From: Octopus sinensis
Lineage: Eukaryota
Length of the DNA: 64,000 nt
Direction of reading: 5' to 3'
NCBI RefSeq assembly: GCF_006345805.1
Contig: NC_043000.1
Span: forward strand, 99,448,001 to 99,512,000
Shown: positions 63,900 to 64,000 of the stretch, in pieces
Layout of the letters: each line of letters opens with the position of its first letter
Numbering within the stretch: the first letter of the stretch is position 1
Made by a program: the position numbers and the translations under genes
The notes under the pieces: model-generated
Told to the model about the DNA's origin: nothing
Databases searched by the model: none
The model's input: the letters and a program-made list of their open reading frames with translations, nothing else

Positions 63900-64000
63900 T
63901 ATCTGAAATTTCATAAAATAAAAAGATCCGTCTTTCGGAAAGTCATGAGGAAACAAAGGCAGCTTGTGGGAGAAACTGCTCTCCTCCCTCACCCTCGGAA

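Noticed and set aside
63915-63935. aaaagatcc as the right TIR of a Merlin-like MITE
   Set aside because: Adjacent sequence does not match the TIR; it aligns instead to repeat family F

Overview
AT-rich, microsatellite-saturated animal genomic DNA, most likely an octopus or other coleoid cephalopod. This is inferred from the tRNA-derived SINE families and the extreme (TA)n/(CA)n/(TATG)n/(TATC)n load; no database check was possible. There is one 100-N scaffold gap. No complete protein-coding gene, rRNA, CRISPR array or convincing functional tRNA gene is visible, and most listed ORFs are translations of simple repeats. The window is mostly interspersed repeats: modular tRNA-SINEs, two decayed RLE-type (R4/Dong-like) LINEs, RTE/CR1/Penelope fragments, Tc1, mariner, Tigger, hAT and Merlin-like DNA elements, two non-autonomous Helitrons and two ~1.6 kb tandem duplications. 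The only host-gene candidate is a minus-strand promoter/5' region at ~33.5-34.4 kb with a 58-nt exon encoding MSRRKQCK..., resembling the NuRD-recruiting N-terminus of SALL/FOG/BCL11/ZNF423-type zinc-finger proteins; if real, the left half of the window is its intron. The most striking signal is a set of hammerhead-ribozyme folds in Penelope-like inverted repeats next to (TA)n tracts. The best is a perfect 122-bp palindrome at 32630-32751 with a complete type I hammerhead on each strand, plus a sister copy with a collapsed centre. Other highlights: an RFX X-box/CCAAT tandem array, SINE dimers with a fixed junction, SINE module swapping, a Dong-like LINE flanked by (TAA)n, and several locally templated insertions.
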